From: a plasmid
Strand: one strand, 5' to 3'
Sequence record: AP025967.1
DNA length: 64,000 nt
The notes beneath the pieces were generated by a model that saw only the letters and a list, made by a program, of their open reading frames with translations, was not told where the DNA came from and made no database searches. The position numbers were made by a program, and so were the translations under genes. Positions 11,401-21,067 of this stretch are shown here, piece after piece (positions within the stretch are counted from its first letter, which is position 1; each line of letters starts with the position of its first letter).

Positions 11401-12367
11401 TAAAATTGCTCTTATGCATAGCATAGATATACAAACTCAAAAATATACTATTTATACTTATGCTAAGCTAAATAAACTTGACCTTGCTTCTATTGTGACT
11501 GGAGAATTTGTGGGTATTTTTTTAAATTATCTCTTTCCAACAAATTTTAAAGCCCTACAAGAACAATATGAAAGCATTGTTTATCAGCTTTACACCTTTA
11601 AAGATGATTCTCCTTTAGCGGTTATAAGAGATCATTTTGTAACTTATCCTTTTGCAATCAATTCGAAATTCATTAGCTTTGATTTAAAGAAAATTTTTTA
11701 TGGCATAGATCTTTGCACAGGAGTTTTTGACACTCATTTTTCCTTTCATTATGAAATAGATCAAAAGCTTGAAGAAAATAAAGAATTTCTTTTAAAAAGA
11801 CTTTTGTCTTATTTGATTATTGATGAGAAAAGAAATGCAACTGCTTTAGAGGATATAAAAGAACAAAAATATATTATAGATGATTATACTTTTTATTTTA
11901 AAGAGTTAAAATCTTTAGAACTTAAAAAATGCACTATATATCAACTTCCTTGTAATCATCCTTTGTTTAAAGAGTTTAGAAATAAAGAAAAGCAAATTAG
12001 TGCTTTTAAAAAGGATGAAGATAGTCCTATTCATGCTTACAATGAAGCTTTACAAATTTTACAAGATTTTGCTAATGGAATTTACAATACAAGTAAAGAT
12101 AAAACAGGAAGATATATAGAAGATAAAAATAAAACCAGAAGATTACTAGAAAAACTCAATATCATAGGACAAAACAATCTTAAGGCTATGTATATGGGGA
12201 TAAATGGAAATAGAGATAAAACTTCTAATACAAGTAGAGGCAAAGAAGATATGACCAATAAGACAAGTGCAAATGCTGATATCACATCAGAAACAAAAAC
12301 TCCGCCTAATTTCATAGGCAGATTAGCCACTACTATAATTATAGAAGATGGTTTATATATGGGTTAA
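8432..12367 (+). CDS. large (1311 aa) protein with an N-proximal cluster of Gly/Ala-rich TM helices (aa ~225-300); candidate secreted effector
   Basis: Long ORF with RBS AAGGA upstream. Shares the ~200-aa soluble N-region followed by a TM-helix cluster architecture with the 1411-aa protein at 38579..42814, without obvious sequence identity. Confidence 0.45.
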   Translation: MFISSKTELIQTIKNLTINNKEVKQIDFIYPNFSILHAILKNIDFHQRKMLSKNQILTMEILEILKQTCDNHNSIEINIHTLNELDAGQNVNLKDLSSSEICTKVYLEDLEEEIQDKKQGKDFNLFYHTDKNNLCIEFINTLKELAKDSEDITTLDELIENIDPDDISSEKFDDFKKKVLEKIGNVIESDFFKNSISPTLKNTYEKFINELLEHIKKLAEEKEYEKIKIILSAIAGVAIATVVAVLTGGAGLAILAAGLFSLMGSASEYYEFAQRDYGTLLTPLAAFLATRCAMFIHYINSRLLSCVLIIDKKEIIDLSGFGLYLGSDESNIASNLAYKITLSEEIKSIENIFSEIFLNPEQKDKGYKNTPNDSKSSNLPAFISTQKLSNLYLKNNAILKNLQEDIKQFIYFSYIESPNFNSSKLAEFFAQKNQNAQIDLNTTKMSKNYLIISNIPNKYNAGLSESLTQEIANYNIQDKYRRIKKNIDTSKKTYDSTRDYSEYSIEMPQDENEPYILQLSPFVKISKEAYENSKKAYEDMQKVYKYLTNFVATPQKLPEFAKTAKEKLAISENEPMIEIVKKTENLRHCERINILAYIDYNKKINDKKWLPYFYIKKFFKQNEAKESIIEKEKKIAHQYLTFLKKEFFEKSDKSSFGNYSLMECLFISFVLYQAKLIFPNINLDLKKYGGSNFVYIKYLEETYVLWTDECPIYVNNEPTNITAYEVVSQLLKILDKKDYSFVENDSSITIDDFFNELSKDLDTTNTLDKKIIKLKQMYHLDEQKCIKEFMNLDEETQRAFVAWMDIEKQISDLSKLLEQMYGKEYLNKAKEQKTSEIFTYAMLKILLSASPFISFTAQMLWDFNFLKTIEYVIQACIKINKEGFKEFFKEQLGIFAPPKKNSIYHIHIKSNLIIKARLQQIEKELIHTKIQMILAQEIKSNLIIQKNTSGLNLFITKIKEYFNEKQIKIYWSDKYMKQLFIYSNQESNISKIALMHSIDIQTQKYTIYTYAKLNKLDLASIVTGEFVGIFLNYLFPTNFKALQEQYESIVYQLYTFKDDSPLAVIRDHFVTYPFAINSKFISFDLKKIFYGIDLCTGVFDTHFSFHYEIDQKLEENKEFLLKRLLSYLIIDEKRNATALEDIKEQKYIIDDYTFYFKELKSLELKKCTIYQLPCNHPLFKEFRNKEKQISAFKKDEDSPIHAYNEALQILQDFANGIYNTSKDKTGRYIEDKNKTRRLLEKLNIIGQNNLKAMYMGINGNRDKTSNTSRGKEDMTNKTSANADITSETKTPPNFIGRLATTIIIEDGLYMG

Positions 12368-12385
12368 ATTAAGAAAGGATAGATA

Positions 12386-13654
12386 ATGAGTGAAACTTAT
12401 GAGATTTATACACCCAATGGGTTAATAATGGATGTATATAAAGACACTAATAAAATCATTTTTTCAGGAAGTGCTAAGCCAACAGGCGATTATACCGAAG
12501 AATATTCCAAAGCCCTTTTTGAAGCCGATCGCATATTAAGAAACTCCCCCTACAAAGACTATAAACCCCAATACCTAGATCCTAACTTTTATACAGGACA
12601 AAAATCCACTCTAGTTGAATTTAAAGAATGGCAAAACATTTATTTAAAAGATCCTATCAAAGGAGCTATAGCTCCTTGGACTAAAGCAGAAAAAGCTTAT
12701 TATCATTCTTTAAAAACCAAAAGAGAAAGATATAAATATTTAGCAATAAGAAGTGGATTAAGATCTGTGGTTATAGATATACCCTATGATGCTTATGCTA
12801 ATGTAGATGAAAAAGGAAGATTGGTTAATGAAGATTATGCCTATATTTACGATGAAGTAAGTTCTCATCGTGGAACATTAAAATCTTATTCTTTCTTTAA
12901 TGAATGGGAATTAGCTGCTTTACTTTTGGGAAATATTAAAGCTAGTCCTACAGCTGCTGTAGGATTTAAAGCAAGACAACAACAAGCATTGTTCTTACAA
13001 GCTCAACTTGGAGATAAAAATGCTTTTAAAAGTTTAGGTTTAGCAGTATTGTGTTCTAATTCTTTTCTTACAGGGCAACATTGGAATAAGCTTAGAGCAA
13101 AAATGATTTACGATTTACACGATTATCATTATGAGAGTTTATTAGATGAATTTGGTATGCTTCCTTTTTTAGATGAGATTATAGGAGCAGATTGGACGAT
13201 TGATTTAAATAAATATGATTTTGCCTATGATGAAGAAGGCAGGATCATTTGGGCTTTATATAATGATATTGAAAAAGGCAAATTAAAAGATCCAAGAGAT
13301 ATAGATTCTACTCCTGAAAGTAGAAATGAATTTGATGATGCTATGGATGGATATAGAAATGGGATGAAAACTAACTTTGATGTAGATACTCCAAATGATT
13401 GGAGTGAACAACAAGCTACTTTATTCAAAGATACCCTAGTATTAAGCGCCAAACTAGCAGCCTTAACTCCTCCTCAAGGCTATCCTAATGCCCCTTATTA
13501 TTTTACACCTGAAAGATTGGAATGGATTTATAAAAGAGGATATTTAGACAAACTCCTTGATCCAAGAATTCCTGCTATTTATAGATATAATTTTCCGCAA
13601 GAACTTCGAGCTAAAATACTAGCTTATGCTAAAGAGCATAATATAAAAGAGTAA
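12386..13654 (+). CDS. hypothetical 422-aa protein (notably less AT-biased, enzyme-like composition)
   Basis: ORF 18 nt after the previous stop with AGGA RBS. No motif recognised. Confidence 0.45.
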   Translation: MSETYEIYTPNGLIMDVYKDTNKIIFSGSAKPTGDYTEEYSKALFEADRILRNSPYKDYKPQYLDPNFYTGQKSTLVEFKEWQNIYLKDPIKGAIAPWTKAEKAYYHSLKTKRERYKYLAIRSGLRSVVIDIPYDAYANVDEKGRLVNEDYAYIYDEVSSHRGTLKSYSFFNEWELAALLLGNIKASPTAAVGFKARQQQALFLQAQLGDKNAFKSLGLAVLCSNSFLTGQHWNKLRAKMIYDLHDYHYESLLDEFGMLPFLDEIIGADWTIDLNKYDFAYDEEGRIIWALYNDIEKGKLKDPRDIDSTPESRNEFDDAMDGYRNGMKTNFDVDTPNDWSEQQATLFKDTLVLSAKLAALTPPQGYPNAPYYFTPERLEWIYKRGYLDKLLDPRIPAIYRYNFPQELRAKILAYAKEHNIKE

Positions 13655-13707
13655 TTTAATCAAAATAAAAAAATATTTAAAGTAAAATAAAAACAAAAGG
13701 AAAAACA

Positions 13708-14511
13708 ATGCAAAAAATACTTCAAATCGATTTAGAAAAAAGAAAAGCTTTAGAGAATTTCAAAAATCTAGCTTTATTAGGATTAGGTGGAACAATGCTT
13801 TTAAATTTAAAAGAACAAGCTTTGGATTTTAGTCAAGAATTAACTTATATAAATACTTATGATAAGTATTTAAATTTAAAGCTTGATTCTTTTTATATCC
13901 CTTCTACACTTTTATCTTTGCTTCAATTAACTCAAAAAAGCAAAGAAGCTTTTTATATCAATGTTTTAATCAATAGCGATACACATTATAAAAATCCTTT
14001 ATTACAATATGCTATTACCCAAAAACAAGAACAAGAAAATATCGTTTATGCTTTAAAAAATAATGAAAATATTAATGCTTCTTTTGCAAATCTTAATGCT
14101 TTAAAATTAGCCTTAGAAGAAAAGAATTTTTATCTTAATTTTATAGACTTAAACAGCAAAGAAAGTCTTCTAAGTTTTTATAATCAAATAATAAGCAATA
14201 ATCATTTTAGAAATTATTTTTATATAAAAAATAATCAATTTTTTATTAAAAAAGATATAAAAAATAAAATTTTATTTCATAGTATTCACTCTTCTTCTAT
14301 TATAAGTAATTATCTTAGATTGTTAAATGATTTTAATACTTTAAGCAAGATAGAACTCATAAATATATTAGAAAGTTTAAGTTTATACAATCTTTCAACT
14401 TTAATACAAACTATGCAAACTATACAATCAAAAAATGAATATAACTCAAAAGACTTTGATAAAGATAGTATCTTTTTATCTAATATGATTATGAATGTGA
14501 GATTGAAGTAA
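13708..14511 (+). CDS. hypothetical 267-aa protein
   Basis: ORF with AAGGAAAA RBS. No motif recognised. Confidence 0.4.
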   Translation: MQKILQIDLEKRKALENFKNLALLGLGGTMLLNLKEQALDFSQELTYINTYDKYLNLKLDSFYIPSTLLSLLQLTQKSKEAFYINVLINSDTHYKNPLLQYAITQKQEQENIVYALKNNENINASFANLNALKLALEEKNFYLNFIDLNSKESLLSFYNQIISNNHFRNYFYIKNNQFFIKKDIKNKILFHSIHSSSIISNYLRLLNDFNTLSKIELINILESLSLYNLSTLIQTMQTIQSKNEYNSKDFDKDSIFLSNMIMNVRLK

Positions 14512-14607
14512 AAAGATAGTAGATTTGGTAAATTTAAATCTTGTTAAGTTTATTATTTAGTTCAAATAAAAAATATAAAAAAATATAGAAAATCAATAGA
14601 AGAAGAG

Positions 14608-14833
14608 AAGTTTAGTTAAAAGTTTGTTTGGTAAGCCAAAGGGATTGTTCTAAACCCTGCAAAAGCAGGGGATACTCAATAAGCCTTGACATAGCAAAGC
14701 ATTAAGAGTATAATTATTAGAACAATGTTTAGCAATTTAATCACCGCCTTTCTAGGTTATGATTAATGCCAAAGGTAGCCGCCTTTGGCATCTACCTTTT
14801 ATAATTATACCAAACAAACTCTTTAACTTCTTA
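14608..14833. repeat. MITE-like element copy 1: imperfect ~24-bp terminal inverted repeats (aagtttagttaaaagtttgtttggta ... taccaaacaaactctttaacttctt) enclosing hairpins, a consensus promoter and a terminated ~90-nt transcript
   Basis: Same architecture and ~150 bp of near-identical sequence at 32478-32708. A third diverged copy lies at 32800-33036. Confidence 0.6.
14686..14714 (+). promoter_or_regulatory. consensus sigma70-type promoter TTGACA-17 nt-TATAAT inside MITE-like copy 1
   Basis: ttgaca(14686-14691), tagcaaagcattaagag spacer, tataat(14709-14714). A hairpin plus U-run terminator (gccaaaggtagccgcctttggc atctaccttttat) lies ~90 nt downstream. Confidence 0.5.
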
Positions 14834-14943
14834 AAACAGTCCATGAAAAGATTTTACTTTTTATTCTTTAGCACTTTGTTTTTTGCACCTTCATTTTTGC
14901 TTGGTGCAACTGAAATCTAATTTATACTTGGGGTTATGGCGAT

Positions 14944-17400
14944 GTGATGAATGAAATCATGCAAGCTGTTAAAGGAATAACCACTGAAACAGGCTATATC
15001 GTTAATGCAGCCTTAGCTATTTCATTATTGCTTTTTAGTATCAAAAAAGCAATGGATGGACAAACAAACCCTGTGTTTGAACTTGGAAAAATGTTTGTAC
15101 TTTTTGCTGTAGTGTGGTACATATTTTTAAGGGCGCCAAATGACAATAATCACCGCTTCATGATTCACGATGAAGTCACTAGCAAAGATTATGTCATTTC
15201 TCAAATTCCTATAGGCATAGGAAAAAGCTTTGCATTGATGACGCAATTTGAGAAGGTTATCCTAGAAGCTATGGAAAAACATTTTTCAACTCCACAATCT
15301 ACAAATTTTTCTAACGCAGGTTTAGGTTTTTCACTTCAAGTGATGAGTACTTTACCAAGTGTAAAGCTTTCGGCTATTGATGCAACTTTACAAAAAAATA
15401 TTGATTTTTATTTTAGAAACTGCGTTTCAGTAGGTATCTTGCTTAATCAACAAGGTAGAAATCTTTTTCAAAACTCTGATAATTTAATACAAGATCTTTT
15501 CACAAACATAGGCAATGGCTCTCAGCTTACTCCTTTGTTTGAAAATAACAATAATATTGAAAAACAAAGTGTTGTACCTTGTTCTGATGCAGGTCCTCAA
15601 ATCGTTGAAATGATTAAAAACGATACAGATGAAGCTATGAAGATTCATGCTGCTTTGCTTGGTATGGCGAATGATATGGCAAATTATGAGCAAAAGTTCT
15701 TAGGCGCTGCACAAATCTATAATGAACAAGCTGTAAGTGCTAGATCTTATTTGCAACAATCCATGATAATGCTTGCTTCTCAAGATGCAATCATTAATAC
15801 CGCTAAATCAGTAGGATTAAATCCTGCTTCTGTGGCTGCAAATACTGCTTATGCGGATCAGCAATTTTATGCAAGTATGCAAGCACAAGGACACTTGGCA
15901 CAAACTTATTTGCCTTTAGCTAAAGCTTATTTAACAGCTATTATCATAGGTTTGTCTTGGCTTGTTGCTTTGCTTTCTATTGTGTTTGGCTCTTATGCTC
16001 ATATTAAGATGTTTTTTACTCTATGTATTTGGATAGTACTTTGGACTCCTATACTTTGTATTATTAATTTTATAAATGATTTTAATCTTATGAATGTTGC
16101 ACAGGTGATAACAGGTGGAAAAGCAGCTTTAAGCTTAGGAGATAACATTCTTATATTCAAAGAAGTAGCAAATAGATCAAATTTCATGAATTATCTTGTG
16201 ATGAGTACTCCTGTTTTAGCTTATGCTATAGCTAAAGCAAGTGAACAAGGATTTGTAACTTTTGCTTCTGGATTATCTCAAGCTCTAACAGGTGCTTCAA
16301 GAGCTGCTGGAAGCTTTGCAAATCAGCAAGCTCTATCTACACAAACTAGCATTGCTGCTCCTAGAGGAGATGAAGTTTGGGCTGTGGATGCAGGTTATAA
16401 TACTCTTCAATCTTCGTTTGGTGTAGGTGGTAGAAGTTTTATGGGAACAAGAGATATGCAACATGGTGGCGAATTAGTTAAAGATAATATGACAGGAAGT
16501 TCCGCTGTAATCAATGCTAATGGTTCTATAGGTAATGCTTCTATTAAAGGTTTAAATGCTGGTATGACTGCAAGCAATTTAGAAACAAGACAACACGCTC
16601 TAAGTGATGCGATTCAAAATTCTAACCTATCTCAAAGAGCTTTAGAAGTTGCTAGTGGCAAAGGAGATAGCTTAGCCTTATCAGAAAACGATAGAAATAC
16701 TATCACCAAAGCATCACAACATGCTTTAGCTAATGCTTATTCTAAAGCAACAGGTGTAGATGTATCGCAAGAATCTGAAGATTGGTATCAAAAACTAAGC
16801 AAAGATCAAAAAGAAACATTCCAAAAATCATTCAATGAAAGTATTTCTAATGAAATTGGTAAAAATAGAGATGCAAGTGCTTCATTTAACAATCTTCTTA
16901 AAACAGGAAATGTTACAAATTCTGCTAGTATTAAAAGTTCTATGGATAGCTATAATGAAGCTAAAACACTTAATAATTCAGTGGGTTATGATGGCGGATC
17001 ATCTATCGTTCAAGGCTATATCAATGAAAATTATGGTGGCGTAGTTAATAAAGAAAATGTGGCTTCTGCTGTGAATGCTGTTGAAAATATGGCTGCAAGG
17101 GGAGATATGCAAGGATTATCACACTATGCAGGAGTAAACTCTAATGTCAATTCAAATGGATTACACGATCAATCAAAACATAATTATTATGATCCAAAAG
17201 GCGTTATGACTGATCACAATAAAGCCATAGATGATTTAAATTCAAGATATCAAGGTTTCTTAAAAACAAGAAATGCTCCTACTAAAATTGAATCAGAAGG
17301 AATAGCATTTGAGGTGCAAGAAGCAGCAGGTGCAACTGAGAAAAAAGCAGGAACTGCTATTAAAGAAAGAAATGAAAAAATCAATGATACTTATAAATAA
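14944..17400 (+). CDS. TraG-like conjugative transfer membrane protein (F-type TraG N-terminal domain-like)
   Basis: 818-aa ORF with N-terminal TM pair and a central cluster of TM helices, followed by a long Ser/Asn/Ala-rich soluble tail. The layout is typical of TraG/VirB6-like proteins of Campylobacter plasmids and integrated elements. The family call is by eye. Confidence 0.5.
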   Translation: MMNEIMQAVKGITTETGYIVNAALAISLLLFSIKKAMDGQTNPVFELGKMFVLFAVVWYIFLRAPNDNNHRFMIHDEVTSKDYVISQIPIGIGKSFALMTQFEKVILEAMEKHFSTPQSTNFSNAGLGFSLQVMSTLPSVKLSAIDATLQKNIDFYFRNCVSVGILLNQQGRNLFQNSDNLIQDLFTNIGNGSQLTPLFENNNNIEKQSVVPCSDAGPQIVEMIKNDTDEAMKIHAALLGMANDMANYEQKFLGAAQIYNEQAVSARSYLQQSMIMLASQDAIINTAKSVGLNPASVAANTAYADQQFYASMQAQGHLAQTYLPLAKAYLTAIIIGLSWLVALLSIVFGSYAHIKMFFTLCIWIVLWTPILCIINFINDFNLMNVAQVITGGKAALSLGDNILIFKEVANRSNFMNYLVMSTPVLAYAIAKASEQGFVTFASGLSQALTGASRAAGSFANQQALSTQTSIAAPRGDEVWAVDAGYNTLQSSFGVGGRSFMGTRDMQHGGELVKDNMTGSSAVINANGSIGNASIKGLNAGMTASNLETRQHALSDAIQNSNLSQRALEVASGKGDSLALSENDRNTITKASQHALANAYSKATGVDVSQESEDWYQKLSKDQKETFQKSFNESISNEIGKNRDASASFNNLLKTGNVTNSASIKSSMDSYNEAKTLNNSVGYDGGSSIVQGYINENYGGVVNKENVASAVNAVENMAARGDMQGLSHYAGVNSNVNSNGLHDQSKHNYYDPKGVMTDHNKAIDDLNSRYQGFLKTRNAPTKIESEGIAFEVQEAAGATEKKAGTAIKERNEKINDTYK

Positions 17401-17436
17401 TAATGCACTGAGTCTAGTTTTAACTAGGCTTAGTAT

Positions 17437-17691
17437 TTATACATATCCTAAAATATCTTTTTTTATAAAACTATAATCATCTTTATCTAATTCATCTAAT
17501 GGGCGATTAACAACTCTAACATTCTCTTTTAAAAACTTCTTGATTTTCAATAATGTATTTTTAGGATACAATTTGCTTAACCTATCTCTGATTAGATATA
17601 AAAGACAACAAGTTATTAAAACACTAACGATAGATGCAAATACTGCTAAATAAATAATTAAGTGTGCTTTATCCATCTTTATTCCTTTCAA
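17437..17691 (-). CDS. small membrane-anchored protein (84 aa)
   Basis: ORF with one N-terminal TM helix. Overlaps the downstream toxin gene by 4 nt. Confidence 0.3.
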   Translation of the reverse strand: MKGIKMDKAHLIIYLAVFASIVSVLITCCLLYLIRDRLSKLYPKNTLLKIKKFLKENVRVVNRPLDELDKDDYSFIKKDILGYV

Positions 17692-17969
17692 TATTTTTTA
17701 AATAACTTACTATGACTACCTAGTTTTAAAATATTTAGCTCTAACTCATTATTATGTTTTTGATAAATTAATAACAAGTTAGACTTTATATGACATTCTC
17801 TAAAATCTTTTAATACACCTTTTAATTGATGATCTTTATATTTAGGTTCTAAATTCTCATCATTAGAAAGTTTTACAATAACTTCATCAGTTATTTTACG
17901 CTCTTCATCGCTTATTTTTTTGTAAGCTTTTATAAAATCTTTATGGTAATAAATTTTATATTTTGCCAT
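17688..17969 (-). CDS. type II toxin, RelE/ParE superfamily (YafQ-like mRNA interferase)
   Basis: 93-aa protein whose C-terminal half (KDHQLKGVLKDFRECHIKSNLLLIYQ...LKLGSHSKLF) matches the YafQ/RelE pattern (.H.i.pDwlLIY......l.l.RtGsHs.LF). Overlaps the upstream antitoxin-like ORF by 14 nt. Confidence 0.65.
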   Translation of the reverse strand: MAKYKIYYHKDFIKAYKKISDEERKITDEVIVKLSNDENLEPKYKDHQLKGVLKDFRECHIKSNLLLIYQKHNNELELNILKLGSHSKLFKKY

Positions 17970-18213
17970 TTTGATAAGCTTTCACAAAGTCTTGATGCGA
18001 ATTAAAGCTTAATGCAGTATTGACTTTTTTTTCTTTATCAAGTTCTTTGCTTGCATTTAATATCTTACTTTCAAAACTACTCAACTTAGGCTTAGAAATT
18101 TTACATTTGGCATTTATGCTTTTTGCTAAACCCTTGAATGCAGGTAAAAAATCTTCATTAACATTTTCAATAATAAGAGTCATAAGCAACTCCTTTCTCA
18201 ATTTATATAACAT
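17956..18213 (-). CDS. DinJ/RelB-like antitoxin partner of the YafQ-like toxin
   Basis: Small ORF directly upstream of and overlapping the toxin. N-terminal I.ENVNEDFLPAFKGLA resembles the DinJ N-terminus. A degraded paralog N-terminus lies at 30217-30333. Confidence 0.45.
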   Translation of the reverse strand: MLYKLRKELLMTLIIENVNEDFLPAFKGLAKSINAKCKISKPKLSSFESKILNASKELDKEKKVNTALSFNSHQDFVKAYQNGKI

Positions 18214-18316
18214 AATTATACCATTTTTAATAATTTTTGCAAGTATTTTTGCTATAAAATGCCTATTTTTTAGTGGTTTGAAACGGATTTCTTTTTTTAT
18301 TTAACTATGTCAATTT

Positions 18317-18679
18317 TTAAGTGCTTATTTTATAAGACTTTATAGCGCTATTTGCAAGATCAGCTAAGAATTTACTTCTATTATCGCTTATTGTATCTAT
18401 TGCCTCTACTAAGCTTTTAGGCAAGGTAATATTAATTCTAATTTTTGCTTCATTATCAATAGGTTCTTTAATATAATCACCTTTTTCAAGCATAACTTCT
18501 AATGCTCCTTTAAATGCTTCTTTGAGATCTTTTAAGGCTTCTATTTCATTTTCACCATCTCCCATAATATAAGGGAAATCTTTATATCTTGCAAAATATC
18601 CTCCGCCATCTTTTTCATCAAGTTTTTTTATAATAATTTCATAAGGTAGATTAAGATAGTAATCTAAGTCTTTCATCAT
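18317..18679 (-). CDS. hicB: HicB-family antitoxin (N-terminal HicB fold plus C-terminal RHH-like DNA-binding tail)
   Basis: 120 aa. YY.NLPYEIIIKKLDEKDGGGYFARYKDFPYIMGDGENEIEALKDLKEA matches the HicB pattern. C-terminal LPKSLVEAID...SKFLADLANSAI matches a ribbon-helix-helix tail. Lies immediately downstream of hicA. Confidence 0.7.
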   Translation of the reverse strand: MMKDLDYYLNLPYEIIIKKLDEKDGGGYFARYKDFPYIMGDGENEIEALKDLKEAFKGALEVMLEKGDYIKEPIDNEAKIRINITLPKSLVEAIDTISDNRSKFLADLANSAIKSYKIST

Positions 18680-18940
18680 TCATTCTCCTGTTATAGCTTT
18701 TAAAACCATTTTGACATATATAGCCTTTATAGGGCGTTTAAATGGAATAGTAATAAGATCACATTCTTTTTTTCTGAATTGATAATGTGATCCGCCTTTA
18801 TTAAAACATTCATAACCTTCGCTTTCTAATAAAATCTTAAGCGTTTCAAAGCGCACATTGTTAGGATTATTTTTTAAATCTTTAATAATTTTATCTTTTT
18901 TACTCACTATAATATCCTTATAAGTATGTATTATACACAC
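18680..18940 (-). CDS. hicA: HicA-family toxin (YcfA-like mRNA interferase)
   Basis: KIIKDLKNNPNNVRFETLKILLESEGYE...KGGSHYQFRK...ITIPFKRPIKAIYVKMVLK is the HicA signature. Its stop abuts the hicB start. Confidence 0.7.
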   Translation of the reverse strand: MCIIHTYKDIIVSKKDKIIKDLKNNPNNVRFETLKILLESEGYECFNKGGSHYQFRKKECDLITIPFKRPIKAIYVKMVLKAITGE

Positions 18941-19083
18941 TTTTTATTAAGTATCACTTATAAACCGAACGCAATTCTTTTAATAAAGTTTAGATATAAT
19001 CTCACAAAACGCTTACTATGTCGTTTCATAGTTAAGCCTTTAGGGTTATTTCCGCCAAGAGTTAAAACTCAAGGCGGATTTTT

Positions 19084-19773
19084 ATGAAGGAAAGATTTAA
19101 AATGAGAAATTTAACTTTAGAAGAAAATATATTTTTAGCAAAAAGAAACCTTGTAGATATTATTTGGAAATCCGCGAATTTAGAAGGTGTAAATGTTACT
19201 TTTCCTGAAACTCAAATGATTATAGATGGCTTTAGTGTTCCTGATAAAACAATACAAGATTTAACAATAATTTTAAATCTCAAAAGAGCTTGGAATTATT
19301 TGTTTGATACCATTAATGAAAAAGTTAGTTTGAGTTTGATATAGGACTTTAATAGGATTGTAGGCAGAGATTTGGTTCATAAATCAGGATTTTTAAGAAC
19401 AGCTGATGTTAAAATAAGTGGAACAAATTTTAAACCAAAATTACCTATTGATTATGAGGTTAGTGAAAATATAGAAACAATTTTAAAAAATGAAAATAAA
19501 AAAGAAGTAGCATTGTATTTGATGTTATATCTTATGAGAAGTCAATTATTTTTTGATGGAAATAAAAGAACTTCAATGCTAATTGCTAATAAAATTTTAA
19601 TTGAAAATGGATTCGGTATTTTGGCAATTGCTAAGAATGATATGAATGAGTTTTTTACCCATCTTGTTAAATTCTATGAAACAAACAATAATTATGAAAT
19701 AAAACAATTTTGTAAAGAAAATTGTATTGAAACAATGATTTTTCATAATGATGAAGAAAAAAACAAATTATAG
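19084..19773 (+). pseudogene. Fic/Doc-family gene interrupted by an in-frame TAG (19342-19344); degenerate motif QLFFDGNKRTS (H to Q)
   Basis: The two ORFs 19084..19344 and 19372..19773 are in the same frame and read continuously across the TAG (...SLSLI*DFNRIVGRDLVHKSGFLRTADVKISG...). Doc-type FxDGNKRT motif is present. Confidence 0.6.
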
Positions 19774-20279
19774 GAAAGAATTGAGATAACACCCAAATTT
19801 TCATATAAAACATTAAAACTTATTCATTCAAAAATACTATAATTAAAGCGTATTAAGCATGGCTACTCTTTCGGTTATAAGAAGGAGACATGATGAGTAG
19901 TCATTGATTTTTTAGTTCTTGTCTTAGAATTAATTAACGAGATAATCAAGCTTGTTGATTATCTCACTTAAAAAACCGTTGAAAATTCTATAAAAACCAC
20001 ACTTAGTCTAAGCTTAATACAATTGTAACAAAAAACACTTAACCGAAAGAGGCGTGGCTTTCGGCTATTTGTTCTTGCAAAGTCTTTATCGTTAATATGT
20101 TCTATTATAAAACTTCTATAAAAATTTCTTTATTTTTTAGTTCCTCATAAACTAAATTGACAATTTTTTTATTGTATGATATAATTTAAAATCATTATAA
20201 GGGCGGATCGAGATCGCCCATCTTAAATACTATTTTAAGTAGCTATTCAAATCTTTTTCAAAACTCTCTATTAAATCAC

Positions 20280-20891
20280 TTAAAAAAGCATTGATTTTAT
20301 TTGGCATAACGCCTTAAAGGTATTATGTGATTTTGTGGTGATTCTAGGAGCTAAAGCCTTTTGATTTGTTATTTTTGTTTTATATAAATTTTCCCAGTGA
20401 AAACTTCTATTTCTGATTGTGAGTAAAAGGTTAAGAACAGTATTTGCTTTTTCTATATTGCTAAAACTATTTTTATATTTTTTATTATTTACATAGTGAA
20501 AGTAATATTCTTTGTTGTGTGCATAATATTTTTTAAAATTTATATTAGAAGAATTAATTATTTTTGCCTCTAAGTGTTCTAGCTTAATTATAAATATTAC
20601 ATCTCCTAAAGAAATTCTTGAAATGAGTTGATTGTTATCTAATATTTCTTTGTTTTGCAATTTAATTATTTTTTGTTTGATGTTTTCTTCGTTATAATTT
20701 CTTAACCATTCTAAATCTTTTTCTTTCATATGTTTATCTAGTAAATTTCTTAATACTAGTTCAAGTATTGCTATTTTTGTTGTTATGCTTGCAATCATTT
20801 TTAAATTATCAAAATGTTCCTAAATATTATTATAAGATTCTAATCTTTCTTTAGAAAACAAATATTCAAGATCGGTCTGTTCTGTTGGCAT
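20280..20891 (-). pseudogene. Abi_2-family abortive-infection-like gene with an in-frame TAG after codon 23 (plus-strand 20820-20822); a 172-aa ORF restarts at 20798
   Basis: N-terminal MPTEQTDLEYLFSKERLESYNNI* matches the Abi_2 start (fS.eRl..Y). Downstream LLTIRNRSFHWENL matches the Abi_2 IRN..aH motif. Confidence 0.5.
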
Positions 20892-21067
20892 GAATTTCTC
20901 TAATATTGGATTAATATTCTTAAATCATATCAAATTTTTACAAAAAATATTATTATTCACACTTGTAAGTACTTTTTTCAAGCTTTCTTTCCATTTCTTT
21001 TTTTGGAAATAAAATTATATGGTAAAATGACTTATCTCAAAAGCCTATTTTATCAATGTTTTCACTT

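Noticed and set aside
14608-14833. Retron ncRNA (inverted repeats flanking a structured RNA) for the MITE-like elements
   Set aside because: No reverse-transcriptase gene follows any of the three copies. The flanking genes are TraG-like and the vgrG remnant.
8812-16187. Short minus-strand ORFs (8812..9027, 9879..10076, 12082..12330, 13225..13452, 15484..15693, 15999..16187) and the plus-strand ORF 16835..17044
   Set aside because: All lie entirely inside long, well-supported genes on the other strand or frame, and their products are low-complexity. Taken to be spurious antisense frames.
18020-18304. Plus-strand ORF 18020..18304
   Set aside because: It lies antisense to the DinJ-like antitoxin gene, and its product is hydrophobic and low-complexity.
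19850-20060. tRNA or attachment-site candidates in the GC-richer hairpin regions (19850-19900, 20030-20060, 20201-20219, 33100-33180)
   Set aside because: None folds into a cloverleaf with the conserved T-loop GTTC or D-loop features. They look like simple hairpin terminators or recombination scars. A short shared motif (tttttagttcttgt.ttggaattaat ... aatcaagcttgt.gatt at 19905-19965 and 26150-26200) was noted but could not be assigned a function.
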